From: Leadbetterella sp.
GTDB taxonomy: Bacteria > Bacteroidota > Bacteroidia > Cytophagales > Spirosomataceae
Length of the DNA: 64,000 nt
Direction: 5' to 3'
NCBI GenBank assembly: GCA_035299025.1
Contig: DATGXK010000019.1
Coordinates: forward strand, 22,142-86,141
Shown here: one piece after another, positions 45,745-54,849 of the stretch
Position numbering within the stretch: position 1 is the first letter of the stretch
Layout of the letters: every line of letters begins with the position of its first letter
Translations under genes and position numbers: made by a program
Notes under the pieces: generated by a model
Told to the model about the DNA's origin: nothing
The model's input: only the letters and a program-made list of their open reading frames with translations
Databases searched by the model: none

Positions 45745-46596
45745 TTAAAGCACCCCCATTTTACCCATTTGGTAGTCTCTCATGGCTTGGAGAATTTCGG
45801 TGGTGGTATTCATCACAAAAGGTCCTTGAGAAACCATGGGCTCGTTTATAGGGTCGCCACTACCCAGTATAAACCTAGCCTGCGAAGTAGTCGAAATCAC
45901 AATTTCGCCATCTGATACATCAAACACAGGCAATTGTTTACCCAGCACTAGCTTGTCATTTACCAAAACTTCGCCGTCCAAAACATACAAAAGTACGTTT
46001 CTTCCGGCCGCTGGATGATAAGTCATCACACCGCCAGATTCTATTTTTATATTGAACATTTCAAGACCTGTGAGCGAATTTGCTGCACCTTTGACACCCC
46101 GGTATTCACCAGAAATTACCGCCACATGCGTTTTCTTATCGGCAGAAATCCAATTGGGAATTTCAGTTTCCTGCAAACCCTGATAGTTGGGCTCGGTCAT
46201 TTTGAGAGCCGCCGGAAGATTCATCCAAAGCTGTATAATTTCCATTTTACCGCCATTTTCACGCTGAGTTTTCGAAAGATTCTCTGAATGAACTATTCCT
46301 CGGCCGGCTGTCATCCACTGCACGCCTCCACTTTTTATTACCGACTGATGCCCGTGGCCATCAGCGTGTTCTAATTCTCCATCATAAATAAATGTAAGTG
46401 TTTCGAAACCACGGTGTGGATGTGGGCCGAAAGGTAAACCCTGATTGTGAGCATCAAAATCATGAGGCCCATGGTGGTGAAGTAGGATAAACGGACTTAT
46501 TTGCTCCAAACCTACGTCTGGTATGGGCTGATACATCCTGTGCTCACCAACTTTTTGAGCCGATGAACTGGTTATTTTCACTATTTTCTTTTTCAT
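45745..46596 (-). CDS. pirin family protein
   Basis: 283 aa with HPHRGFETLTFIYDGELEHADGHG (cupin metal ligands). Confidence 0.85.
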   Translation of the reverse strand: MKKKIVKITSSSAQKVGEHRMYQPIPDVGLEQISPFILLHHHGPHDFDAHNQGLPFGPHPHRGFETLTFIYDGELEHADGHGHQSVIKSGGVQWMTAGRGIVHSENLSKTQRENGGKMEIIQLWMNLPAALKMTEPNYQGLQETEIPNWISADKKTHVAVISGEYRGVKGAANSLTGLEMFNIKIESGGVMTYHPAAGRNVLLYVLDGEVLVNDKLVLGKQLPVFDVSDGEIVISTTSQARFILGSGDPINEPMVSQGPFVMNTTTEILQAMRDYQMGKMGVL

Positions 46597-46614
46597 TTTT
46601 TAGCTTTGCTTACA

Positions 46615-46637
46615 AAACCGCAAGAGCCTAGCGGTTT
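46615..46637 (-). terminator. hairpin between the two pirin genes (weak terminator candidate)
   Basis: AAACCGC-(9-nt loop)-GCGGTTT. Only a short T run follows on the minus strand. Confidence 0.35.
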
Positions 46638-46682
46638 ATTATTTTCACATTTGACAAGGGCTCATTTATCAATGTTTTTTCT

Positions 46683-47399
46683 TCAAAAAGTCATCGGAAT
46701 TTCCATAAAAAGAATTTCGGAATCTGCACTGGCGGTTATTTCAAAACCATCGGTTTCCCAAATACCCAAGCCATCTCTTCTGCCAAGTTCCTTGCCAGCC
46801 ACTTCAGCCGCACCTTCTAAAACATAAACATAAACACCATTCGTAGCGTTTCTCAAATTGTAGGTCAGTGTTTTTTGGGCCGAAAGGTCTGTAAGTGTAA
46901 ACCAAGCTTGTTGATTCATTTTTATACCCTCATCACTAGTTTCTAATGGAGAAACCACCACCTGAAATTTATCCTTACGGCCTTCTAAATCAAACTCTTT
47001 CTGCTCGTATCGAGGGGCAATATTTCTTTTTTCCGGAAAAACCCAAATCTGAAGAAATTTCACGGGATTTTTTGAGTCTTCGTTTTTCTCCGAATGTGCA
47101 ACACCCGTGCCTGCAGACATAATCTGCACTTCACCCTTGCGAATCACCGTTTTGTTTCCCATACTGTCTTGGTGCTCCAGAGCACCCTCAAGAGGAATAG
47201 AAACTATTTCCATGTTATCGTGCGGATGTTTCCCAAATCCCATCCCACCCGAAACATGATCGTCGTTTAGTACTCGCAATGCTCCAAAATGAACCCAGTC
47301 GGGGTTGTGATAATTGGCAAAACTAAAAGTATGATAGGAATCTAACCAACCATGGTTGGCGTGTCCTCTGTCGTTAGCTGCTTTAAATATTGTTTTCAT
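46683..47399 (-). CDS. pirin family protein (YhhW/quercetinase-like, short form)
   Basis: GKHPHDNMEIVSIPLEGALEHQDSMG. The ATG at 47399 (MKTIFKAANDRGH) is preferred, but 47444 is also possible. Confidence 0.8.
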   Translation of the reverse strand: MKTIFKAANDRGHANHGWLDSYHTFSFANYHNPDWVHFGALRVLNDDHVSGGMGFGKHPHDNMEIVSIPLEGALEHQDSMGNKTVIRKGEVQIMSAGTGVAHSEKNEDSKNPVKFLQIWVFPEKRNIAPRYEQKEFDLEGRKDKFQVVVSPLETSDEGIKMNQQAWFTLTDLSAQKTLTYNLRNATNGVYVYVLEGAAEVAGKELGRRDGLGIWETDGFEITASADSEILFMEIPMTF

Positions 47400-47511
47400 A
47401 TAACTTACATTTGTATTTAATGTTAATACATATTTCGATTTCATTTAGTTCAAAAAATCCGCAAGAATTTAAATAGTTTTTCTATTTTTAAGGAAATTTA
47501 CGAATTCAATT

Positions 47512-48042
47512 ATGAAATACCTCATTGTTATTTTTCTTGCATGCTCATTGTCAGCCTTTTCGCAGAGGCAATTCCCCGAAATAGATTCCTTCGGTGGTGT
47601 TTTTCCTATTCCAGAAGCAGAACAGTTGGTGGACCCAAACAAAAAATACCAAATAGTGGTAGACATGACCTCCGCAGCTAAGAACCAAACCAAAGACATG
47701 AACCCTGGTTTTGAATCTGTGGCCCGACTGATAAACCTTTATGGATTGGCGGGAGTGAAAAAAGAGAATTTGGATGTAGTAGTGGTCATTCATTTCGAAG
47801 CCACTCCGGTAATACTAAGCGACGAATCTTTTATGACCGAGTACAAAGAAAACAACCCCAACACTGCCGTGATAAACAAATTGAGTGAGAATGGTGTCAA
47901 ATTTTACGTATGCGGACAATCACTTCGTATGCGAAAACTGGTAGACTACAAAAAAAACAAAAACATTCGGGTCGCTCACGGGGCTATTCTTGCCTTGAGC
48001 CACTTTCAAAGTTTGGGATACTCCCTCATAACTTTACACTAA
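47512..48042 (+). CDS. DsrE/DsrF-like family protein (exported)
   Basis: 176 aa with a signal peptide. KYQIVVDMTS... and KFYVCGQSLRMRKL resemble COG1416-type DsrE-like proteins. This is recalled from memory, not verified. Confidence 0.5.
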   Translation: MKYLIVIFLACSLSAFSQRQFPEIDSFGGVFPIPEAEQLVDPNKKYQIVVDMTSAAKNQTKDMNPGFESVARLINLYGLAGVKKENLDVVVVIHFEATPVILSDESFMTEYKENNPNTAVINKLSENGVKFYVCGQSLRMRKLVDYKKNKNIRVAHGAILALSHFQSLGYSLITLH

Positions 48043-48096
48043 TAATGCAACCAAATGAAAACAAAATACATCTCTAATCAAAAACACCATTTAACA

Positions 48097-48510
48097 ATGA
48101 AGAAAGCAATTTTAAGCCTAATCGTAACCTTTACATTTTCAAGCCTTTGGGCCAACTCTGAATTCGAAAAGACGATTTCTGACAAAGAATTTGAAAAAAT
48201 CGAAAAAATCGAAGCTTATGTTTCATCAAATCCTGAAACTACTTTACAAGATTTAAAAGCGTCAAATTCTGAGCTTCTAAATAACGTGGAGCTTTTGGAT
48301 GAAACATCGACCACAAGCATAAACGCCGTAAAAGACATGCCTCTTGTAGGAGGTTTTTGGTGGGGATGTTGCTTGGGGGTAATCGGGCTGGCTATTGTGT
48401 ACTTTGTTACTGACCACGACAAAGACCAAGTCAGAAAAGCTCTGATAGGCTGCTTGATAGCTACCCTGCTTTGGGGTGTTGGTGGGCTTTGGAATCCATT
48501 TAGCTGGTAA
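48097..48510 (+). CDS. hypothetical membrane protein
   Basis: MKKAILSLIVTFTFSSLWA is a signal sequence. There are two C-terminal TM helices (GGFWWGCCLGVIGLAIVYFV and LIGCLIATLLWGVGGLW). The start could also be 48055. Confidence 0.45.
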   Translation: MKKAILSLIVTFTFSSLWANSEFEKTISDKEFEKIEKIEAYVSSNPETTLQDLKASNSELLNNVELLDETSTTSINAVKDMPLVGGFWWGCCLGVIGLAIVYFVTDHDKDQVRKALIGCLIATLLWGVGGLWNPFSW

Positions 48511-48525
48511 TAAAATATTAACATT

Positions 48526-48556
48526 AACCTCTTGAACAATCAAGAGGTTTTTTTAT
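48526..48556 (+). terminator. intrinsic terminator after the 48097-48510 membrane protein gene
   Basis: AACCTCTTG-AACAAT-CAAGAGGTT followed by TTTTTT. Confidence 0.75.
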
Positions 48557-48583
48557 TAATTTTAACAAAACAAATTATCAAAA

Positions 48584-48781
48584 ATGGAAAAGAAACTATC
48601 GAGAACCGTAGGACAAGAGGCCATGTTTTTAGGTATTTGTGGCGGCTTAGGGAAATACTTCAGCCTAGATGCCACTATCGTCAGAATCTTGTTTGCACTC
48701 ACAACATTCTTTAGTTTCGGCTCTTTAATTTTGGTTTATTTCATACTTGCCTTCATCATACCCAAAGAAGAACAAATCTGA
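48584..48781 (+). CDS. PspC domain-containing small membrane protein
   Basis: 65 aa. The pattern L.R....AMFLGICGGLGKYFSLDATIVRILFAL is the PspC domain. Confidence 0.75.
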   Translation: MEKKLSRTVGQEAMFLGICGGLGKYFSLDATIVRILFALTTFFSFGSLILVYFILAFIIPKEEQI

Positions 48782-48939
48782 TTTTCGATTAAAATATAGA
48801 CTCTACAACTTTAACAGTGGGTACTGGATCAGTTAAAAAGCCTTTGCCCCATTTTCGTCAAAAAACAATTCCCTAACTTTTCGTAGGAAGGCCTGCCCAG
48901 AATTTCAGCTTATTTCAAGGCTATTGGAAAAGAATTCAC

Positions 48940-48947
48940 TAATTTTG
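48940..48947 (+). promoter_or_regulatory. -7 box (TAnnTTTG) upstream of aspS
   Basis: TAATTTTG followed by CAG, 28 nt upstream of the ATG at 48975. It lies inside the N-terminal extension in the track, which supports the shorter aspS call. Confidence 0.55.
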
Positions 48948-48974
48948 CAGCCAATTTCAAAAAACATAAATAAG

Positions 48975-50726
48975 ATGTTAAGAACACATACCTGTGGTGA
49001 ACTTAGAATTTCGAATCTTAACGAGTCAGTTACGCTTTGTGGCTGGGTTCAGAAAGTGAGAGACAAAGGTGGAATGGCTTGGGTAGATTTAAGAGACCGC
49101 TACGGCATTACACAGCTGATTTTCGAAGAGGGCAAAACAGCGACGGAGGTTTTGGAGAAAGTTCGCTCACTTGGAAGAGAGTTTGTAGTAAAAGCCGAGG
49201 GAAAAGTAATTGAGAGGTTATCGAAGAATGATAAAATAGATACTGGGGCGGTGGAAATTTTGGTTGAAAACATAGAAATTTTGAACCCCGCAAAGCTTCC
49301 CCCATTCTTGATTGAAGATGAAACAGATGGTGGCGACGAGCTTCGAATGAAATATCGTTACCTAGATTTGAGAAGAAATCCGGTTCGTCAAAACTTACTT
49401 CTGAGACACAAAGTAGCCCAGCAAACCCGAATATTTCTTGATGCTCAGCAATTTATAGAAGTAGAAACACCAGTCTTGATAAAATCTACTCCGGAGGGTG
49501 CTAGAGATTTTGTGGTTCCGAGTAGAATGAATCCAGGCGAATTTTATGCTTTGCCACAATCGCCGCAGACTTTCAAACAACTGTTGATGATTTCAGGTTT
49601 TGACCGTTACTACCAAATCGTTAAGTGCTTCAGAGACGAGGATTTAAGGGCCGATCGTCAACCTGAATTTACGCAAATTGACTGCGAGATGTCTTATGTG
49701 GAGCAAGAAGATGTTTTGAATATGTTTGAAGGATTAATTAAACATCTTTTTAAAACAGTTAAAGAAATCGACCTTCCGGAAGTTCCAAGAATGACTTATG
49801 CAGACGCCATGAAATTCTACGGATGTGACAAACCGGATATCAGGTTTGATATGAAATTTGTAGAAATCAACGAGTTGGTACAAAACAAAGGCTTCCAGGT
49901 TTTTGACGACGCAGAGCTTGTGGTTGGCATAAACGCCACAGGATGTGCCGAATATACTAGAAAACAAATAGATGAACTTACTGAGTGGATGAAACGTCCG
50001 CAAATAGGTGCAAAAGGATTGGTCTATATTAGATTCAATGCCGACGGCACTATTAAATCATCGGTAGACAAATTTTATTCTGAAGAAGACCTCAAAGCTA
50101 TTGGAGAAAAATTCAATGCAAAAGCAGGAGACCTGATACTTATAATATCTGGACAAGCCGACAAAGCACGAAAACAACTCAACGAGCTCCGTCTTGAAAT
50201 GGGGAATAGACTAGGTCTCAGAAATCCCGACGAGTACAAAGTACTTTGGGTGGTAGACTTCCCTTTATTAGAATTTGGAGAAGAAGAAAATCGTTGGTTT
50301 GCTATGCACCACCCGTTCACAGCTCCAAAACCCGAAGACGTAGCTCTTCTCGATTCAGACTTGGGCAAAGTTAGAGCCAACGCTTATGATATGGTTATCA
50401 ATGGCACCGAAGTAGGTGGCGGTTCTGTGAGGATTTTCCAAAAACCTTTACAACAACGAATGTTCGAAATCCTTGGATTTTCGGATGAAGAGGCGAGAAA
50501 ACAATTTGGTTTCTTGATGGAGGCTTTTGAATACGGAGCACCTCCACACGCAGGTTTGGCGTTCGGTTTCGATAGATTGGTTTCGTTATTCGGTGGAGCG
50601 GAATCTATTAGAGACTTCATAGCTTTCCCGAAAAATAACAGCGGCCGTGATGTAATGATAGATTCACCGTCAAGTATTTCGGACTTACAATTGAAAGAAT
50701 TAAGTATAAATGTAGATTTGAAATAA
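48975..50726 (+). CDS. aspS: aspartate--tRNA ligase
   Basis: [11 protein letters not shown] is the canonical N-terminus. [18 protein letters not shown] is class II motif 2, and the motif 3 region is GLAFGFDRL. The track start at 48924 is an upstream extension. Confidence 0.95.
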   Translation: MLRTHTCGELRISNLNESVTLCGWVQKVRDKGGMAWVDLRDRYGITQLIFEEGKTATEVLEKVRSLGREFVVKAEGKVIERLSKNDKIDTGAVEILVENIEILNPAKLPPFLIEDETDGGDELRMKYRYLDLRRNPVRQNLLLRHKVAQQTRIFLDAQQFIEVETPVLIKSTPEGARDFVVPSRMNPGEFYALPQSPQTFKQLLMISGFDRYYQIVKCFRDEDLRADRQPEFTQIDCEMSYVEQEDVLNMFEGLIKHLFKTVKEIDLPEVPRMTYADAMKFYGCDKPDIRFDMKFVEINELVQNKGFQVFDDAELVVGINATGCAEYTRKQIDELTEWMKRPQIGAKGLVYIRFNADGTIKSSVDKFYSEEDLKAIGEKFNAKAGDLILIISGQADKARKQLNELRLEMGNRLGLRNPDEYKVLWVVDFPLLEFGEEENRWFAMHHPFTAPKPEDVALLDSDLGKVRANAYDMVINGTEVGGGSVRIFQKPLQQRMFEILGFSDEEARKQFGFLMEAFEYGAPPHAGLAFGFDRLVSLFGGAESIRDFIAFPKNNSGRDVMIDSPSSISDLQLKELSINVDLK

Positions 50727-50748
50727 TATTTCAGGAATTCTAACAATG

Positions 50749-50778
50749 AGAGAGCTATTCTGAAAAGAAGAGCTCTCT
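50749..50778. terminator. hairpin between convergent aspS and VanZ-like genes
   Basis: AGAGAGCT-(14-nt loop)-AGCTCTCT followed by TTTTATTTT. Confidence 0.55.
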
Positions 50779-50779
50779 T

Positions 50780-51142
50780 TTATTTTACCAGCTTATTAAA
50801 TAAAATAGCACAAACAATACCCAATAGCACTCCCACCATGTCGGCCAGTATGTCAAAGACATCAAACCCACGATGAAAACTCTCAGGCAAAAGAAACTGG
50901 ACTATTTCTATAAAAATAGCAAATACTGATAACCACAAACCGACTTTCTTAACATCCCCTGAATTCACTAACCACGAGAAAGACAAAGCCCCGAAAGCAA
51001 GAAAATGTGCCGTTTTGTCGTCGGTTGTATCGGGAATATTCTCAGAAGGCATAAAACAAAGTACAGCCACCAAAACCGTTAGAAATAAAGAGAAGTAAAG
51101 GTTTTGAAAGAAAAAATCTCGAAGGATTTTAAGCGTCTTCAT
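50780..51142 (-). CDS. VanZ-like family membrane protein
   Basis: 120 aa with four TM segments and DKTAHFLAFGALSF, typical of VanZ-like proteins. Confidence 0.6.
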   Translation of the reverse strand: MKTLKILRDFFFQNLYFSLFLTVLVAVLCFMPSENIPDTTDDKTAHFLAFGALSFSWLVNSGDVKKVGLWLSVFAIFIEIVQFLLPESFHRGFDVFDILADMVGVLLGIVCAILFNKLVK

Positions 51143-51165
51143 TCAATTTTTGTTGTTTGCGTGTA

Positions 51166-51196
51166 AAAGAAAAAAGTACCGAATGGCCGGTACTTT
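51166..51196 (-). terminator. intrinsic terminator after the acyl-ACP desaturase gene
   Basis: Minus strand: AAAGTACCG-GCCATT-CGGTACTTT followed by TTCTTTT. Confidence 0.65.
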
Positions 51197-51215
51197 CTAT
51201 ATTTTTTAATTCATT

Positions 51216-52199
51216 TTATCTTGTTATCCAGCTGAACTCATACTCGAGTTCAGGCACTTTGGTTCTTTCTGCAATTCGCTTCAATCTATTCGGCAAAGCC
51301 ATCAAATAGTCTCTTGCTTTTTCTGCCGAACCATTCAAGCCCGAGATTTTGTCGATCTTCCAATCCACCAACAAATCCTCCAAAATTTTAATGTAATCAT
51401 TGGTAGTGTAAACTCCCAATCGCTGAGCAGAATCAGAAAAGTGTGCAAAAACATCGCCCATCTTTTGTCCAGTTTCTCTCAAAAAATGTGCGGGCATCAC
51501 AATTTTCTTTTTCATCATATACTCAAAGGCCAACATCATTTCCGATGGATCAACTTCAAAGAAACGCTCTACAAATGTTTTATACGCTTTGGCATGTCGC
51601 ATTTCGTCAGCGGCTATTACACCACACACTTTTGATAAATGGCTGTTACCAAACTTCTTGGCCAAAGTAGCCGTTCTTCGATGCGAAACATTGGTTGCCA
51701 ACTCTTGAAAAGAGGTGTACACAAAGTTTTTGTAAGGATCTATATCTGTTTCGATATCAAAACCATCAGCTATGAGCCATTGCGTTGATGTCTCCATCTC
51801 TCTCATATTCACTCTTCCAGATAGATACAGATATTTGTTGAGCAAATCCCCATGACGATTTTCTTCTGCAGACCACCATCTTACCCATTTGGTCCAGCCA
51901 CTTTGTTTTTGTTCTACTTGGTTAACCCCTTCTACAGACATCAGCCATGAAGAATAAGTAGGCAGAGCTTCTTCTGTGACGCAGTCTCCTACCAAAACCG
52001 CCATATAATCATAAGGCAGCTCTCTGCAAGCCTCTTGTAATTCCTTTATCTCGGTCGTAAAATTTTCCTTTGAAGAGTCCGGAAGGAAATCTGTCGGCTG
52101 CCAATTGGTCTCTATCGGGTTCAAAAATTCTTCAATCAAAGAATCTAGCTTTTCACCCACAAACCTCATCACCTCAATTCTCGAAAGCGGAGTTTCCAT
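51216..52199 (-). CDS. soluble acyl-ACP desaturase (di-iron, FA_desaturase_2 type)
   Basis: 327 aa. The two di-iron motifs are EENRHGDLL and ADEMRHAKAY, with WTKWVRWWSAEE, as in stearoyl-ACP desaturase/DesA1-type enzymes. Confidence 0.85.
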   Translation of the reverse strand: METPLSRIEVMRFVGEKLDSLIEEFLNPIETNWQPTDFLPDSSKENFTTEIKELQEACRELPYDYMAVLVGDCVTEEALPTYSSWLMSVEGVNQVEQKQSGWTKWVRWWSAEENRHGDLLNKYLYLSGRVNMREMETSTQWLIADGFDIETDIDPYKNFVYTSFQELATNVSHRRTATLAKKFGNSHLSKVCGVIAADEMRHAKAYKTFVERFFEVDPSEMMLAFEYMMKKKIVMPAHFLRETGQKMGDVFAHFSDSAQRLGVYTTNDYIKILEDLLVDWKIDKISGLNGSAEKARDYLMALPNRLKRIAERTKVPELEYEFSWITR

Positions 52200-52222
52200 A
52201 AATTAATTGTTTTAATCTAGTA

Positions 52223-52230
52223 CAAAAGTA
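52223..52230 (-). promoter_or_regulatory. -7 box (TAnnTTTG) upstream of the acyl-ACP desaturase gene
   Basis: Minus-strand TACTTTTG, about 24 nt upstream of the ATG at 52199. Confidence 0.45.
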
Positions 52231-52305
52231 ATAAACTTTCGTCGCTTTCAAATCAACAAAATCCGCTAAGCATCAAAACCGATTTAACATTCGAAAATTT
52301 AACCT

Positions 52306-52313
52306 TAAATTTG
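52306..52313 (+). promoter_or_regulatory. -7 box (TAnnTTTG) upstream of or overlapping the acyltransferase start call
   Basis: TAAATTTG followed by CAG. Its terminal TTG is the start codon used by the ORF track. Confidence 0.5.
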
Positions 52314-53066
52314 CAGAAAAAAGATTTAGTGAAAAAAATTCTTGACTACATACTGGGCTCTGTTTACATTTTATACTTCGGCATTATACTCGTCATTTTT
52401 CATGGTATACAATTTATAGCTTACGAGTTTTTCGGCCAGAAAGCACATCAGAAAACAGTAGAATGGCTCAATTTCTTCATAGTTTTCGGCTGGTATATTA
52501 CGGGCTCCACGGTTTCTTTTTCTCAAAAAACAGCTTTATCTACCGATAAAACAATCATTTTTATTTCCAATCATCAAAGTATGTTTGACATACCGGGCAT
52601 TATTTGGTTTTTGAGAAAAAACACGCCTTTGTTTATCTCCAAAGTAGAACTTTCGAAAGGAATTCCGAGTATTTCATACAATCTGAGAGTTGGTAAGGCC
52701 GCATTAATAGACAGAAAAGACCCAAAGCAAGCCATCGGAGAAATAATCAGATTTTCGAAATACATTTTTGAAAACAATTATTCGGGTGTAATCTTTCCAG
52801 AGGGCACGCGTTCAAGAACCGGAAAACTCAAGCCATTCGCAGTGGGAGGTGTAGCCACTTTGCTTAAAAAATGCCCCGGAGCAGACGTTGTCCCTATCGC
52901 AATTATAAATACGGGCAAGTTTAATCCCACCGGCATATTTCCTTTAAGAAGTTTCACCAATATGTCTTGGACCACCTTAGAACCTATCGAAACAAAAGGC
53001 AAGTCTGCGGAAGAAATAGTGGGAGAAGCAGAAAAACAAATCGGCGATTTTTTAAATAATCAATAG
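52311..53066 (+). CDS. 1-acyl-sn-glycerol-3-phosphate acyltransferase family protein
   Basis: NHQSMFDI (HX4D) and FPEGTRSRTG motifs. The TTG at 52311 is embedded in a -7 box (TAAATTTG, 52306-52313), so the real start may be the in-frame GTG at 52329. Confidence 0.8.
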   Translation: MQKKDLVKKILDYILGSVYILYFGIILVIFHGIQFIAYEFFGQKAHQKTVEWLNFFIVFGWYITGSTVSFSQKTALSTDKTIIFISNHQSMFDIPGIIWFLRKNTPLFISKVELSKGIPSISYNLRVGKAALIDRKDPKQAIGEIIRFSKYIFENNYSGVIFPEGTRSRTGKLKPFAVGGVATLLKKCPGADVVPIAIINTGKFNPTGIFPLRSFTNMSWTTLEPIETKGKSAEEIVGEAEKQIGDFLNNQ

Positions 53067-53230
53067 CATTTTTGTCATTTTTTTCGTTTTTTCACGAAAA
53101 ATGCATTCATATCCAGTATTATTGACCAATTTTGCTGGGCAAAGAACAAGACTTAAAGTATACTTTTCTGAACTTCTAGGTATACAAAGGGTAATAATGC
53201 GTGGAATTGTACTTAAATAACTCCTACCAA

Positions 53231-53887
53231 ATGGTAGCAAAAGAATTAATAGATAGCAACATACCTGTTTTGAAAGAAACAGACAATGTAGACAAGGCTT
53301 TACAGTTGATGAGTGAGAGCAAAACTTCCCATCTTCCGTTTGTACATGAAACCCTTTTTTCTGGTTTCTTTTCAGAAGAACAATTGTTGCATCACGACTT
53401 CGACACTATTCTTGAGGATATTCAGCCTGAAACTATAGACACCAAAATTGACCTCAATCTTCCGGTTTTAGAGCTGGTAAAAATATTCATCAAGAGCCCT
53501 TTCGACATTCTCCCTGTTTTTGACCAAACTGATGTGTTTATAGGAACAGTAGAGAAAAAAGAAACCCTAGAGAGGTTTATAGAAACTCTGGCATTGAATG
53601 ATACTGGAGGATTATTAGAGATAAACTTAAACAACAAAGAATATTCACTCTCCGAAATATCCAAGGTTGTAGAGTTAGAATCAGCCAATATCTTGAGCTC
53701 ATTCATATCTTATGACGACCAAAATCAAATGCACTTGACGCTCAAACTTGACATTTCGCAGATTAGCGGAGTAGTAAATGCCCTTGAAAGATATGGATAT
53801 GACGTGGTTTCATATTTTGCTTCGGAGCCCGTCACCAATTTGGAAAAAGACCGCTACGACCTTTTAATGAAATACTTGAGCATTTAA
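53231..53887 (+). CDS. CBS domain pair protein
   Basis: MVAKELIDSNIPVLKETDNVDKALQLMSESKTSHLPFV is CBS-like. From memory, its position directly upstream of nadK is conserved in Bacteroidota. The ATG at 53231 is preferred over 53201. Confidence 0.65.
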   Translation: MVAKELIDSNIPVLKETDNVDKALQLMSESKTSHLPFVHETLFSGFFSEEQLLHHDFDTILEDIQPETIDTKIDLNLPVLELVKIFIKSPFDILPVFDQTDVFIGTVEKKETLERFIETLALNDTGGLLEINLNNKEYSLSEISKVVELESANILSSFISYDDQNQMHLTLKLDISQISGVVNALERYGYDVVSYFASEPVTNLEKDRYDLLMKYLSI

Positions 53888-53901
53888 AATAGCCTATTCT
53901 T

Positions 53902-54789
53902 ATGAAATTTGCGATACATGGAAGAGTTTTCAAGTCAGACTCTACAACAGTCATTCAGGAAATCTTCAATGAACTCAAGACCAACAACATATCATACCAA
54001 GTTACCGATTCTTTTACTGAAATACTGAATGAGGCGGGCATAATTTTTGACCCCGCCAGTTCTTTCTCTAAAACCAGCGACCTTGTGGACGTAGACATAG
54101 CACTCAGTCTCGGTGGCGATGGCTCCTTTTTGGAGACCTTGGGTTTGGTGGCAAACAAGGAAATCCCTGTTCTAGGAATTAACTTTGGAAGACTTGGTTT
54201 CCTGACAGACATTCAACCACAAAATATCAAAAAAACGCTCAAAAAAATACTGGCCAAACAATACAAAATAGACGAAAGACTCATGCTCCATGCAGAGGCC
54301 AACAACGACTTCTTTGAATCAGGCATGAATTTTGCTCTCAATGAAATAGCTATTTCTAAAACTGATACCTCGTCGATGATTGTCATTCATGCCTATATCG
54401 ACGGCGACTTTCTGAATAGTTATTGGGCCGACGGACTGATGGTTTCAACACCTACGGGTTCTACAGGCTACAATTTGAGTTGTGGTGGACCACTCGTAAT
54501 GCCGAAGTCAGAGAACTTCATCATTACGCCCATTTGTCCTCACAACCTATTTGTAAGACCAATAATTGTTTCAAACCAAAGTAAAATCACTTTGAAAGTT
54601 GAAAGTAGAAGTAAGAATTTCTTGGTCTCGATGGACTCACGAGCTAAAATTATTGGAGACGATGTGGGTGAAATAAACATCAGCATGGAAACCTTCAAAG
54701 CCAAACTCGTGAAGATAGACGGAATGGAGTTTTTGAGTACTTTACGTAAAAAACTAAACTGGGGAGACGATATTAGAAATAGAATTTAA
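53902..54789 (+). CDS. nadK: NAD kinase
   Basis: 295 aa with the GGDGSFL motif, NEIAISK and TPTGSTGYNLSCGGP. Confidence 0.9.
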   Translation: MKFAIHGRVFKSDSTTVIQEIFNELKTNNISYQVTDSFTEILNEAGIIFDPASSFSKTSDLVDVDIALSLGGDGSFLETLGLVANKEIPVLGINFGRLGFLTDIQPQNIKKTLKKILAKQYKIDERLMLHAEANNDFFESGMNFALNEIAISKTDTSSMIVIHAYIDGDFLNSYWADGLMVSTPTGSTGYNLSCGGPLVMPKSENFIITPICPHNLFVRPIIVSNQSKITLKVESRSKNFLVSMDSRAKIIGDDVGEINISMETFKAKLVKIDGMEFLSTLRKKLNWGDDIRNRI

Positions 54790-54849
54790 AAAATAAATTC
54801 AATAAAAAAGTATTTAAAATCGTTTACTCGATAAAAACTACGAAACGCT

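Noticed and set aside
53101-53220. 39-aa ORF (MHSYPVLLTNFAGQRTRLKVYFSELLGIQRVIMRGIVLK) in the plsC-CBS intergenic region
   Set aside because: It has no ribosome-binding or promoter context and an unremarkable composition. It overlaps the likely promoter region of the CBS gene, so it is probably spurious.
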